A stretch of DNA of 64,000 nt from Nitrospirales bacterium (GTDB lineage: Bacteria > Nitrospirota > Nitrospiria > Nitrospirales > UBA8639): assembly GCA_965203295.1 (NCBI GenBank), contig CBDBCZ010000009.1, positions 96,001-160,000 on the forward strand, read 5' to 3'. Both the position numbers and the translations under genes were made by a program. Numbering within the stretch: position 1 is the first letter of the stretch; every line of letters starts with the position of its first letter. Below, piece after piece: positions 52,091 through 64,000 of the stretch. The notes beneath the pieces were generated by a model that was not told the DNA's origin, did no database searches, and saw only the letters and a program-made list of their open reading frames with translations.

Positions 52091-54299
52091 TTCAATTATC
52101 AAATGATGTGCTGTACACCTGATTGCCTAATTAGATAGGTACATGCATGTACATATACATATCCAAAAGCACTTGTATATGAGCATTATAGTTCCTAATT
52201 TAGAGGCAAGAGTTTTGGTTGAGTTGAAACTGGAGGGTAGGGTCAACCACACAACAGTCCTTCCTCTTATTAATGTACTCATTTTGGATAGTTCTGAAGG
52301 TATTGGATGTGAAAATGTGATCATATGGAAGGGCTATACGTATTACTAACTGTAGTTTTTTAATACTTGTTTTTAGTGAGTACGTAGTGCTACGTACACA
52401 GGACACAGTACGTACGTACACAGGACACAGTCCATGTGAGTTTGTAGCATTCATGGCACTGAAAATGTCGGGTGTGCCGTATAGGAACCCAAGTGACTGA
52501 CAGTGAGCACTGCAGCAATTTACATCTTATATAATGCAAACTCAACAAGATTCGTACGTTTCATGCACACTGGCTAGATTATATATGTTCATTGATATCG
52601 TACACACACACTCATTTATTTTGTCCCACAATCATGGCAGTACCCTGCATTCACCTACGTAGTATACACAACCTGATTGCATGATTTCATGTACATGTAC
52701 TTCACTGCATTGTGAACTAGCATACTGTCTGTACAGTTTGCCCAGTGGCACTCAAAGCCATGCGGTAGGATGGCAATTACCTGATTAACTACAACAGGAA
52801 ATTCTTATACAGTAGCCATGGCAACAACACAATCCCACTTGCCAACCTTACCACTTTGTGCTATTGTATAAGAATGTATTGTGATTGATAGCCTATCCTC
52901 AGCTAATCAGTGGGTGGGTCAATGTAGTCAGCTAATCAGTGATTGTACAGTAGACAATCAGGATGCCATGACTGTGTACATTATCATACTTGTGCTAGAA
53001 TGGTGTGTGTGGGGGGTGAGGGGTCATTCTGTTATCAGCAATTGTGTATAGCTTCCATTCTCCAAAGTGTACATTACTGCCCGGGTATTTGAGGCAATGA
53101 GGCTACATTACTTAGGCATCATAACGGCTAGACTTTTCATCCACTCCTTGTTACCATAGCTACGTACTATCCTGTGACTTGGCTGTTTATAACTACCCAG
53201 ACTCCCACACACACATGCTAGTGTACTAATACTGTTTGCAGGCTATGATACTGAGCTGGAAGATGTCATAGTAATTAGCACAGGACTGATGGTACTTTGC
53301 TCAGTAAACTAACTGATTAAGTAGTACTACATGGTTATATAACTTATTCTATGCCCACCCAATGATGCAATACGTAATAACAAACACTTTGCATTCAGCA
53401 ATTTGTTGTTTTTGTGCTTGACAAATCTAATAGTGTACAAACATGGACACAGAAAACTTTGCCCCCGCATATCTTGATGATCAAACAAGCTATGATTTTC
53501 AAACTTGGATTTTTTTCTTAAGTGTATTAAGGGCTACAACATATTTAGTCGCTAGGGGTAAAAAATTGTGCTCTAATTAGAATTTTTGCTATAGTGCAAG
53601 TGTGCCATTAAGGAGCACACATTCACGTCAGTTTCTGGAGTATGAGCAACTTGGGAATACATGGGAATACGTAAATTCTGATCTTCGCAATGACATCATG
53701 AAAATAGTTTAGAGACGTCCCCATAGTAATTAGTAGCCAGGAAAGCAGATACAGGCCAGACTACACACCTTGTTGCCATAGCTTCATATCCTGTGGCTAA
53801 CTACATGTATAAGTACCCGACTCCTACACACACATGTCGTGTATTTGTAGGCAATGACATTTAGCTATAAGTTGTGGAAATATTAACATAGGATTGATTG
53901 GTACTCTCTTCCATAAACCCACTGTTCTGCAATACTTGAAATTGTTTCCTACCTAAGGATACCTATGAGCAAATGTGTATTTACGTAAGAAAAGCTTCCG
54001 CATCTTGATTTCAGAACTTTATTGCTTGAAAAAATCTGATAATGACAAACAAGAGAAACAACTACACCAACAAATGGGTTAACACTGAAGTATAATAACT
54101 ATCACAAACTGCAGTATAAAACCAAGGAACTGTAAATAAAAATATTTAGCCAAGGGCCAGCCCAACCCATGACAGGGAAAAAACTATGGTGGAACTATAC
54201 GTCAGCTGAAAAGAAAAAAAAAGCTCACCATAGAAAAACCCAAGATATAAGATTACAACACACTACTGTAGCTACATTTAATTTACAACACTCAAATAA

Positions 54300-55370
54300 T
54301 TATTGCACAAAGATCTCAATCAGTTCAATGGGAGTGTCCTCATTACTGATCCCATTATCGCCACATATTCTCACTTCAATATTATCAGTTGTAGGCTCAG
54401 GTAGACTTTTACAGAAGAATGGCGGACCATTCAGCTCGCAGCAAGTACTTCCTGACCCACAGCCCTCTCCATCCCAGAGTGGGTCACCATCAGGGTAAAT
54501 TACACCACTAGACCAATCACCAGTAATTCCAGTCTCACAAAAGTAGTCTTGCCCCACAAAAGAAGGAATGACTTGCGTACTTCGATTATTAGTACAAGGA
54601 CAGGTATACTGAAAATTCAAACTAGAATCCAGCTCCGTGAGTGAAGCAGCAAATGTCCAAACATGCTCTTTCTCAGTTCCATGTGTGATAACCACTCCAT
54701 CCACATAGGGGTCCTCAATTCTAGTATTTCTTCCAGAGGAGTAACTGTTAAATGCATCTGTAGATCCGAACTGGTATGCAATAATTCTACCACAGATTTG
54801 AGAAAATGAGATATTGTAAGTACTGAAATAGACTGAATTACAGCCACCACTTGTACTGGTTCTTCCACATGTCCTCGCTGGCTGTGTGACCTCTCTCCAT
54901 GCTGGTGGACACTGGTGGGTAGGGTCAGTCATGTTGAGGTAGGCCACACGAGACCATCCTCCAACACTAGCACTGCTACAACTACACTCCCTGGTCATGT
55001 CGCAATAGACCCGAACAGCTGTTCCATTAGAGCTGGTGATCCAGTAGTACTCTGACGGGAGTTGGGGGTTGCACTGTGACACTTCAAGACAAGATGATGC
55101 CGGATTCTCCTGGACTTGACCTGGACAGTGTACATCAAGGATATCATTGCGAACAATATTCAAAACATCTTCAGCAATTTCAGCTCTGGCCATCTCCAGT
55201 TGCTCCTCAGGAGGACAGACCTGCCCCCCTCCCTCCAGTACTGTAGCAGGGTAACTCACTGGTAGTGAGTTGTTGTCATGCTGGCTAGTCACACCTTCCT
55301 GGCATGAAGTGAGCTGAAGTTCAGCAGCTAGAACGAGTGCGAGAACTGCGTATATAACGTTACTAGTCAT
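54300..55370 (-). CDS. Same family, paralog 6 (356 aa, intronless)
   Basis: ATG-to-stop ORF with signal peptide and conserved framework. TATATAA at 55436-55442. Confidence 0.92.
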   Translation of the reverse strand: MTSNVIYAVLALVLAAELQLTSCQEGVTSQHDNNSLPVSYPATVLEGGGQVCPPEEQLEMARAEIAEDVLNIVRNDILDVHCPGQVQENPASSCLEVSQCNPQLPSEYYWITSSNGTAVRVYCDMTRECSCSSASVGGWSRVAYLNMTDPTHQCPPAWREVTQPARTCGRTSTSGGCNSVYFSTYNISFSQICGRIIAYQFGSTDAFNSYSSGRNTRIEDPYVDGVVITHGTEKEHVWTFAASLTELDSSLNFQYTCPCTNNRSTQVIPSFVGQDYFCETGITGDWSSGVIYPDGDPLWDGEGCGSGSTCCELNGPPFFCKSLPEPTTDNIEVRICGDNGISNEDTPIELIEIFVQ

Positions 55371-55435
55371 AGTGGCTAAACAGCTTGTGTCGAACTATAC
55401 CAGAATGGGATACTTTGTGACTGGGAACTGCACTC

Positions 55436-55442
55436 TTATATA
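55436..55442 (-). promoter_or_regulatory. TATA box of paralog 6
   Basis: TATATAA, equivalent to 19963-19969 of paralog 2. Confidence 0.65.
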
Positions 55443-55897
55443 CTCTTTGTATGGAATGTAATTCCTTAACATGTAATATTGTTTACTCTTCTGTCAGAAA
55501 TTAGAAATCAATTACTAGTTAAGCGGTGTCATTGATCTGCTTGTATGCACATTGTTTGGTAGCGAACTTGAAACTGAGACAATCCTAAAGCGATCATTGT
55601 TTATGCTCTGTGTAACTACTTGTAATAATTATCTCATATTCAACATTCCTGATGAAATTATTTATAACTCCATAATCATTCTTGTAGGTTGTACATGTAT
55701 GTGTGTTTGTGGGAGTAGTTATTCCTACAACTGGATAGCTACACAATTCCTTGATATACACACTGCCAAGTACATGTGTAAACATACGTATGGCAAGAAA
55801 AGGGGGTGCATGTTAGGATTAAAAATGCAGGGTGAAATTAACTGTATCAGTATAATTGTTGTGTAAAACTACAGGTACTCTCAATGCTGTACTGCAA

Positions 55898-56076
55898 ATA
55901 GTGTTCAGAACATCTTCGTCGGTTTCAGTTCTAGCCATCTCTTGTTGCTCCTCTGGAGGACAAACCTGCCCCCCTCCCTACTGTAGCAGAGTCATGCTGA
56001 CTAGCTGTACCAAGTTCCTGGCAAGGATCAGCAGCTAAAATGAATACAAGAACTGTGTACAATGTTTTCTACTCAG
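55898..56076 (-). pseudogene. Degraded 5' fragment, duplicate of 20441-20624
   Basis: Near-identical to 20441-20624. The start codon is mutated (CTG). TATA at 56142-56148. Confidence 0.75.
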
Positions 56077-56706
56077 TACGGGTAAACAGCTTGTGTCCAA
56101 CTACATGAGTGTGATACTTTGTGACTGGGGAACTGTATGCCTTATATATGTACGTACAGCTGGTGTGTATGCATGCATCTTTTCAGAAAACCCATTGAAC
56201 AGAGGAAGTAACTACATTGTAAATAGGCTACTACCAGTAGCCATGTTAGCTTCTAGTAGCCTAGCTTGCGCCAACAAGGGGCAGTGCCTGTTAGCATCCA
56301 TGAGTGGTAAAGAATGAAGCCTGGTGCCCATGTAATAATTTAGTGGAGACAACTCACATTATGTGTAGGCCTGTTGTGTGTGCAGAGGAGTGAAAAAAAA
56401 ATTCCAGTTAATGAATAGAATTTTTTGGTGAACCGATCACATTGCACACAGGTAGCAGTCATTTGCCTAGCCTAGTGCTCTTGTGGCATGCTATTTACTT
56501 TGTTGAACTTTTTAGCACCCTCTCATTTCACTGTTAGCATTATACACTCACTGCTATACCAACTTTGATGGTGAAATATATAATACGCTACCATCTGTGT
56601 GCTCATGCATGCTGCGAGCAAAGCCAATGATGGTCCCAATCATTTCATTTTACATACATACCTCGCTCCGGGCCTGCAAGACTGTGCAAAATGTGAAACT
56701 CTCCAT

Positions 56707-56921
56707 CCTGTCCTATGTAGGTACTGGTGATGTTGTCAGACTGTGGGTGGGGCTCTAGCAGATTCCAAAATTTTCATTATAGTAAACAACCCGAAATCGC
56801 GTTTTTGTGGATTATTTAGCAGGAAGTGTGATTAAATGCGTCCTTTTCGTCAAATTGAGGTACCCTTTTATGTTCTCAACAAAGCCATCCATTTGAATTG
56901 TGGATTCGGGGTCTTCCTACC
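56707..56921 (-). mobile_element. Shorter copy of the same Kolobok-like fragment (segmental duplicate)
   Basis: Matches 22095-22308 with the same flank, ending cctacc|ttaa. Confidence 0.72.
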
Positions 56922-57742
56922 TTAAGTCACGTTCTGATAGAGAGAGATTCATAAACTAGCCTCGTGCCCACGCAATGAGCTTGGGCACGAGGATATACAT
57001 AAACATGTTCAAATTAATAGTTTGGAACTATGGCTATTCCTGGAATAGCTCACAGTGAAAATTGTCATATTGATGAGTGGGTCTTTATTTGAGTTTCAAT
57101 TGAGTATTCACAGCCAAGAGCCAGATTGGTGTGTGTGTGTGTGTCTGGAGGAAGTTCATCAAGAACATGAATAACGCATTATCAGTGAGATATACAATTA
57201 CTGTATCACTTAATTTATGTCTTTTGGTCAAGAACGAAACTAATACAGTAACAAATGATTCACTATGTTTCCACATTATTGTAGCACTCTGTCTACATCA
57301 GAAACAATAACCATCTGCATTGGCTCACATCATTGATCAAATGTGAAACACATTCAGAAACACATTAGTGATGCATTAATTTGCTCATCGATAATGTTTT
57401 CTATGATCTTGATGAACTCCATCCAGACACACATACTTTCAACTTGGCTCTTAGACTAGTGTTTGAAACTCAAACAACAACCCACTGGACAATATTTGTA
57501 ATCTTTGAGATTAGATCACTGTAGTATAGTGACAATTAGATTACTGTTAACACCTATACTTTGTTCGTTCTAGGGCCCCCCCCTGTGTTGTATTGTCCTT
57601 TTGTTGTCTTTGTTGTGCAGTCAATGTGTCAGTATCTTTGTAAGTAGATCTTTGTGCATTCCCCAATATATTTGTACTGTGTGTCTGTTCAGAGTTGAGT
57701 TTTACGCAGATCAGAATTGCAGTAAAGTTGAACCCGTTGGGA

Positions 57743-57888
57743 GAGTTAGCGGTCGTCTGAGCAGAGGCTCAGGACGACCGCTAACTCGTCTGAGCAGAGG
57801 CTCAGGACGACCGCTAACTCGTCTGAGCAGAGGCTCAGGAGGCAGTACGGATTAGTGGGTCCGCCGCAGAGGCTCAGGACGACCGCTA
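57743..57888. repeat. Hairpin-derived 33-bp tandem repeat
   Basis: gtctgagcagaggctcaggacgaccgctaactc twice, plus partial copies. The first unit completes a 45-bp hairpin. Confidence 0.8.
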
Positions 57889-58260
57889 TTTGAAAGTGAT
57901 CATAGGTATATAACAATGTAGCCAATTACTTGCTGTACTGTGTACATTATTACGGTATTGGCTGTAGGTCTGCATCTATAACACAGACTGAGGTTGTGAA
58001 TGTCTGTGCTTGTAGGTGTATATGCAAATACATGTACAAAGTGAGGGATCTTATAATCATTAGTGATGTTGTGGTATCTTTCCCTAACTTTCCAGTTTAT
58101 CGGGGACTCCCATGGCAAGATGGTTTTCACAACAGGGAAATTCGATGAAGGGGAATGCAGCCATCAAGATCACCAGAGGGTAGGGCAGACATGCACATAC
58201 GCATACACACCCACATCAATGTATGTACACACATACACATGCACATGCACACACACACGC

Positions 58261-58325
<65 letters not shown>

Positions 58326-59210
58326 TGAAGACACACACAGATATAGCTCCTTCCTGCATACAATTCATCCAGACACTATAGCCTGTCCTACATGTACTTC
58401 TTGACAAAGCCATTGAAGTGTGAGGATGAGTCCATTTAGTAAGTGGACTGGGCACACCCTGGTATTTAGTGGAGGAGAGAAAAGGTGGGGGAATGGGTTT
58501 ATTACTAGAGCAGAGTTGTGCAGCCATGATGTAATAGTGCACAAAGTATGTGGGAATTCAGTTGCACTCTGTGTACACAGGAACCAACCACTACAGGAAT
58601 TCTAACCCTTTCATCCTCAGCAAATCAGTGGCAGGTCAATGATGTCAAGTAGCAATGAGTAGCAACTATAAACAGCTATTATTTTGATAATTATGCATTG
58701 AGAGTCTGGGATTGTAGGTAGTGTGTGTATGTGGGGGGGGGGGGGAGAGAAGGTGGAAGTGTTTTTCTAGAATATCAACAACTTTCACTTGGTATATACA
58801 CACTAGTACTGCCAAGTGTAGAGGTAAGGCCGGCGCGCTCGCGGCCAGCCGGCCAGTATTACAAACTTTGGACTGACAAACCTACCCGCAAGCTGATCGA
58901 GAGCCATGTTTGATCACACCAGGCACATTTTTATTGACTTTTTCCCTCCCACTTGCCATTGTAACTTTCAGGCTCTTTTTACAGGTTCTGATCTTTTTCA
59001 TGTCTAACTTTACACATCATGTAATTTGAATTTTATTTGGTATACATCTGGTGCCTGTTGAACTTGCATAGCTTGAAACAAATTGGTGGGCATCTGGTAA
59101 CTGATAATTAGTGCTACTCATGTGACCTTCGACGAATCAGAAGTCTCAAACTCGATCACATGACCGCACGTTAAATCGATTAATGCACACTTAAGTGTGC
59201 ATTAACAAAA

Positions 59211-59251
59211 TTAGGGTTAGGGTTAGAGTTAGGGTTAAGGTTAGGGTTGGG
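59211..59251 (+). repeat. Short interstitial telomere-like (TTAGGG)n tract
   Basis: ttagggttagggttagagttagggttaaggttagggttggg. Confidence 0.8.
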
Positions 59252-59725
59252 ATTCAGGGTAGAAACCGGATCCCCAGCACCACTCCCAACACCATCCCCT
59301 CCCTCTTCGGGGGACATCACTCGAGGCACCCTGTTGGGCGGCGTGTCGCCGAACGGGGTGGCGTCTTCGCGGCGGCGGATTCGGGTAGTAGGCGTCATCA
59401 TCATCAGCGCAGGTATCGTCCCGGTCGTCGTCTCGGTAGCGGGCATCGTCCTGGTAGCGGGCATCGTCTCCTGCACTGCTGTCGTCTCCATAGTCGTCTT
59501 GTCTGGGTTGGTGAAAGAAATCGTGTGGTGAGTCCTAGAATTCTTTAGTGTTGTTTTTGTCGGTCGGTGTCGTCGGCGGCTGGCGCGTCGTAAAATTATG
59601 AGATAGATAACTCAAGCTTTAATTCCAAGCTTTCGGCATATGGGAATAGCCTTCTTCAGGGAGTGGATAATGAAAGATATGGGTGAGCTTAAATACTCTG
59701 TGAACAGGAAATAGCCAGCTGTCAG

Positions 59726-59961
59726 AGGTGTGCAGGAATGTCCTTGCCGGGATGGGATGGTGTTGGAGGTGTGCAGGAATGTCCTTGCCGGGATGGGATG
59801 GTGTTGGAGGTGTGTAGGAATGTCCTTGCCGGGATGGGATGGTGTTGGAGGTGTGTAGGAATGTCCTTGCCGGGATGGGATGGTGTTGGAGGTGTGTAGG
59901 AATGTCCTTGCCGGGATGGGATGGTGTTGGAGGTGTGTAGGAATGTCCTTCCCGGGATGGG
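59726..59961. repeat. 41-bp minisatellite, about 5.7 copies
   Basis: Unit ggtgtgtaggaatgtccttgccgggatgggatggtgttgga, near-perfect copies. Confidence 0.92.
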
Positions 59962-61828
59962 CGACATGAACCTGGGCCCAAGTTAGTTCCGTAGAACCCA
60001 ACTTGGGACAACCAGGCAGGGGTGTTGATACAAACAAAGAAGATTAAAGGGTGATGCTTGATGACTCATAGGGGTGATTTACAATATAATTTTTTAAGGG
60101 GGGATTTATAATATAATTTTAAGGGGGGATATAATAACTATAATAACGACATCAGAAGCTGGTACCGCTTCGACATCAGAAGCGCCAGGGAATGAGGTAT
60201 ATATATGGGAAGAGTAAAGAATTTGTACAAAGCTATGTACATGTAACAGATGAATCAGCATAAATTTAAAGCATAGCCAAGAATGGGAAATCTTTCCGAG
60301 TCACGTCTCATGTAGATTTGTAGCGTTTATGGCACTGAAAATGTCGGGTGTGCTGTATAGGAACCCAAGTGACTGACAGTGAACACTGCAGCAATTCACA
60401 TCTTACAATCCATACGTGTTTTGGTGGAGACGTGCTCAGTGGGCACATGAGTATGTCTGTAGTAATTAGTTTAAGTGGCATTTATGGCACTGAAAATGTC
60501 GGGTATGCTGTATAGGAACCCAAGTGACTGACAGTGAGCACGTACTGCAGCATTTTGCTCATTACAATCCATACATAATATTCGATCACTGTAGCAATTC
60601 ACAACTTAGCAACCCTACATATTAATGTTGAGACGTGCTCAGAGGGCTCATGAGTATGTCTGTAGTAATGAGTTTAAGCGGGTTCTTGTAGAGCAATTAA
60701 GGAAACACATACTCATGTTCATCTTTCAAGTACAGGCAACTTGGAGTACATTCCATAAATTCATACAATCGCAATGACATCACCAAAGCAGTTAAACATT
60801 CCCTTAGCAACTACATGTAGTACCCAGGAAAGCAGAGAGAGGCCAGACTACACTGTACTGAAAACAAACTACACACCATAGGAGTAGGCACATATAGCCA
60901 GGTGTAAGAAAGCAGCAGATACCATGGGGCAAAGGGAGATCGTACAGACTCACTGTTTATTAACATTTGAATCACAAATTAAATACACACTGGCTAGATC
61001 ATATTGTCATTGATAATATACACAGACACTCACTTACATACACTTCCCCAACAATCATGACGATGCCCTGCATTCACCTATATAGTATACAACAACCTGA
61101 ATGAGTGCATGATTACTTCACCCCGTTGTGAACCAGCATCTATCTGCACAGCCTGCCCACTCAAAGCCACCTGATTAGCTGAGGATGGGATAGCAACAAC
61201 AGGAAATTCCTATACAATAACCATGGCAACAACACAGTATCAACAAGAGCAGTAGGAACTTATCAGTACACACATCAGTATTGCAGAGACATTTTTTTTT
61301 TCATTTCAGATAGGAATAATTATGATATTCTGATCAAGTAGCAACCAAAACCAGATTTCTGTGTTGAATTACTACGACTGGAAGTGAGGTTCTGCTCGCT
61401 CCGCTGTCACATAATGTACTACGTATAATATACCTGATTGCCTGATTAGATACATACATGTACATATCTAAAAGCAATTGTATGTGTGCATATGTTCAAG
61501 CAAGAGGTTTGGTGGGATTGAAACAGAAGGGTAGAGTCAACCACACAATAGTTCCTTCCTCTTATTACTGTACTCATTTTAAAGGGATGAGAAAATGTGA
61601 TCATAACACAATCCATGTAGATTTGTAGCGTTTATGGCACTGAAAATGTCGGGTGTGTTGTATAGGAGCCCAAGTGAATGACAGTTTACACTACAGCGTT
61701 TCACATCTTACAGTACAACCCACCAGTCGCTAATTGATTTGGTTGAGATGCGCTCAGTGGGCATAATCTGAGCATGCATGCATGGCATTCCCTACGGACC
61801 AAGAGCCATGTTTGATCACACTATGCAG

Positions 61829-61921
61829 GTAGCCTCGTTCCCAGGCCCGCAACTTTTTGATTGCACACAGGAAGGCACCCTTCATGCGCCCGAAAAAGTT
61901 GTTGTCCTGGGAACAACGCTA
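61829..61921. mobile_element. TA-flanked palindromic MITE, longer variant
   Basis: tagcctcgttcccagg ... cctgggaacaacgcta, with inner IR caacttttt / aaaaagttg. Confidence 0.6.
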
Positions 61922-62739
61922 CACCCCAGGAATTGTATTACACGTTTTCCCTCATCTCACTTGGTACTGTAAATTCCTGGCTTTTTTTACAGGCTCTGGT
62001 CATTGTATGTCTCACTACACACGTCATGTAATTTGAATTTCATTTGTAGTTTAGAATGTGACTTAGCACTTGCCTTCCTTTATATCTCTTTGTCAACACT
62101 AGCGTGGCGCTGGCACCAATAAACAAAATGACCAGTTTCATTACCAATAATTTGTTTATGTATGTGGTGTAGCGTATGTTATTGCTTCTACAGCATTTGT
62201 TAACTATATGGAACTTTAGTTTCAGAATGTGACTGTACAATAGTGTCCTCGCTGTTCAGAGATTCTCTCGGTTGGCAGTACAATTCATGAATAATCACAA
62301 AGTTCAATTCCAAATCTGAATTTCAACAGAATCTGGAGTGCTATTCATACCCTGAAGCCTGAAGAAGACTACAGCACTGTGATGTGTGGTGTCATATATT
62401 CCACTGCCACCCTCATGCAGGGAGGAAGACGAAGCCCTCCACCTTGACCAGATCAGCATGGACTTTGACCCCGGCCAGGAGTAAATGCTGTCAGATACAC
62501 ACTTCCCTCAGACTGGGAGCAGCGTACCAGGTCAGTGGCTGCTAGTGTACCACTGGGTATCCCAAAGGCTGAACCTCACAGATATATTCATTGAGTGTGT
62601 ACTCCTGTAGTAGTGTATATGTTCACAGCTGTATGTTCTTATTAAATTCTTGTCAGATTGAAAGCCACTTATGTTGTGTATAGCTTGTAGGACAAACCAG
62701 CAGGTAGAAGTTTTTTATGCTGTCAGTGACTCTCATGCA

Positions 62740-62971
<232 letters not shown>

Positions 62972-64000
62972 ACAAGTGTGTGTTTGGTGTGATGTCATAT
63001 ATTCCACTCCCACCCTCATGCAGGGAGGAAGACGAAGACCTCTACCTCGACCAGATCACAAGAACTTTGACCCCGGCCAGGAGTCACTGCTGCCGGCAAC
63101 ACACTTCCCTCAGACTGGGAGCAGCGTGCCAGGTCAGTGGCTGCTAGTGTACCACTGGGTATCACAAAGGCTGAACCTCACAGATGCATTCATTGAGTGC
63201 GTGCTCCTGTAATAGTGTATGTGTACATACATGTATATATTGAGAGAAAAATGAGTATGAAAATACGGGATTCGTGCAGGCAACATGCACGTTCGCAACT
63301 GTATGTTCATATTAAATTCTTGGCAGATTAAAAGCCACTTGTGTTTTTAGCAGGGGACTGAAAGAAGCCTATTGTAGGTGGATTATATTATGAGTATAGT
63401 AGACTGGGTCCCGTTTGTAAAATGTAGTGCAAGATATGTCTCTGCTAGAGACTTCTAGTTTAAAAAGGTTCCTGGGTGGTTTTTAGACATGACATGTCAG
63501 ACTTGTTAAATAAACACAAATGTACCTGAGGTTGAACTGAGTCATGTACCACCGTGTTACTGGTAGGGCAGTTCTTGCTTGTTAGGACAAACCAGCAGAT
63601 ATCAGTCTTTTTATGCTGTCAATGACGCCCATGCACAGTTTGTGTGTGTGTGTGTGCAGGGAGGAAGACGAAGACCTCTACAGTTTATAACTGTGAATGT
63701 CCCATCTGGTACCCGGAGAACGAGACAATTGATAAGAGAACTTAGCTAAAAGTGGACCAAAACTTTTTACACGAATCCATATTAACTCTACAATCACATA
63801 GGCTGTCACATGACTGTAGAATTACTGCGCATCCATGCCGTTGATTCAGAAATAGGTATCCCAATGCATTTGTGGTATACAGGACAGAGGGAGATCATGC
63901 AGACTCATTGTCCCATTGTTCTAGTTTCATGCCCACTTGGTTACCTTGCATGGCTACATCATATTTCCATTGATAGTGCACACACACCCTCGCTCCACGA

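Noticed and set aside
51707..52138. Cys-rich ORFs open in three frames
   Set aside because: Stop-free 23-bp minisatellite.
58096..58180. Exon-like segment (ttccAG...GTaggg; FIGDSHGKMVFTTGKF)
   Set aside because: Single short stretch with uncertain frame and no partner exons, so no product can be assigned.
59211..59251. True chromosome end
   Set aside because: Only about 7 degenerate units, internal to the window.
59612..60037. His/Pro-rich repeat proteins
   Set aside because: The 41-bp unit is not a multiple of 3, so all frames cycle through the same three peptides. There is no support for coding.

Overview
Eukaryotic (animal) genomic DNA, most likely from a demosponge. That assignment is an inference from the protein family and repeat style. 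The window is a tandem, all minus-strand cluster of intronless genes for secreted Cys-rich proteins with a fibrinogen/intelectin-like 'PxSC...YWI...VYCDM...GGW' N-terminal module. There are four intact paralogs (6827-7918, 18794-19897, 31892-32965, 54300-55370), two deletion pseudogenes (41860-42095, 47840-48386), and further 5' fragments, 3' stubs and orphan TATA promoters. The paralogs share a near-invariant framework interrupted by five short loops that vary in length and sequence, and they show patchwork similarity suggesting conversion or unequal crossover. The intergenic DNA is a mosaic of segmental duplications and short modules in both orientations, with microsatellites and several non-autonomous transposon types (Kolobok-like TTAA element, Helentron/DINE-like elements, hairpin-ended elements, TA-flanked MITEs). 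Two foreign-looking inserts are present: a palindrome array with degraded coding DNA at about 28-30 kb, and a palindrome plus TTAGGG plus minisatellite block at about 59-60.3 kb. Nearly all other ORFs in the track are microsatellite, antisense or repeat artefacts. No rRNA, tRNA or CRISPR array is supported. Repeat-block boundaries were aligned by eye and are approximate.
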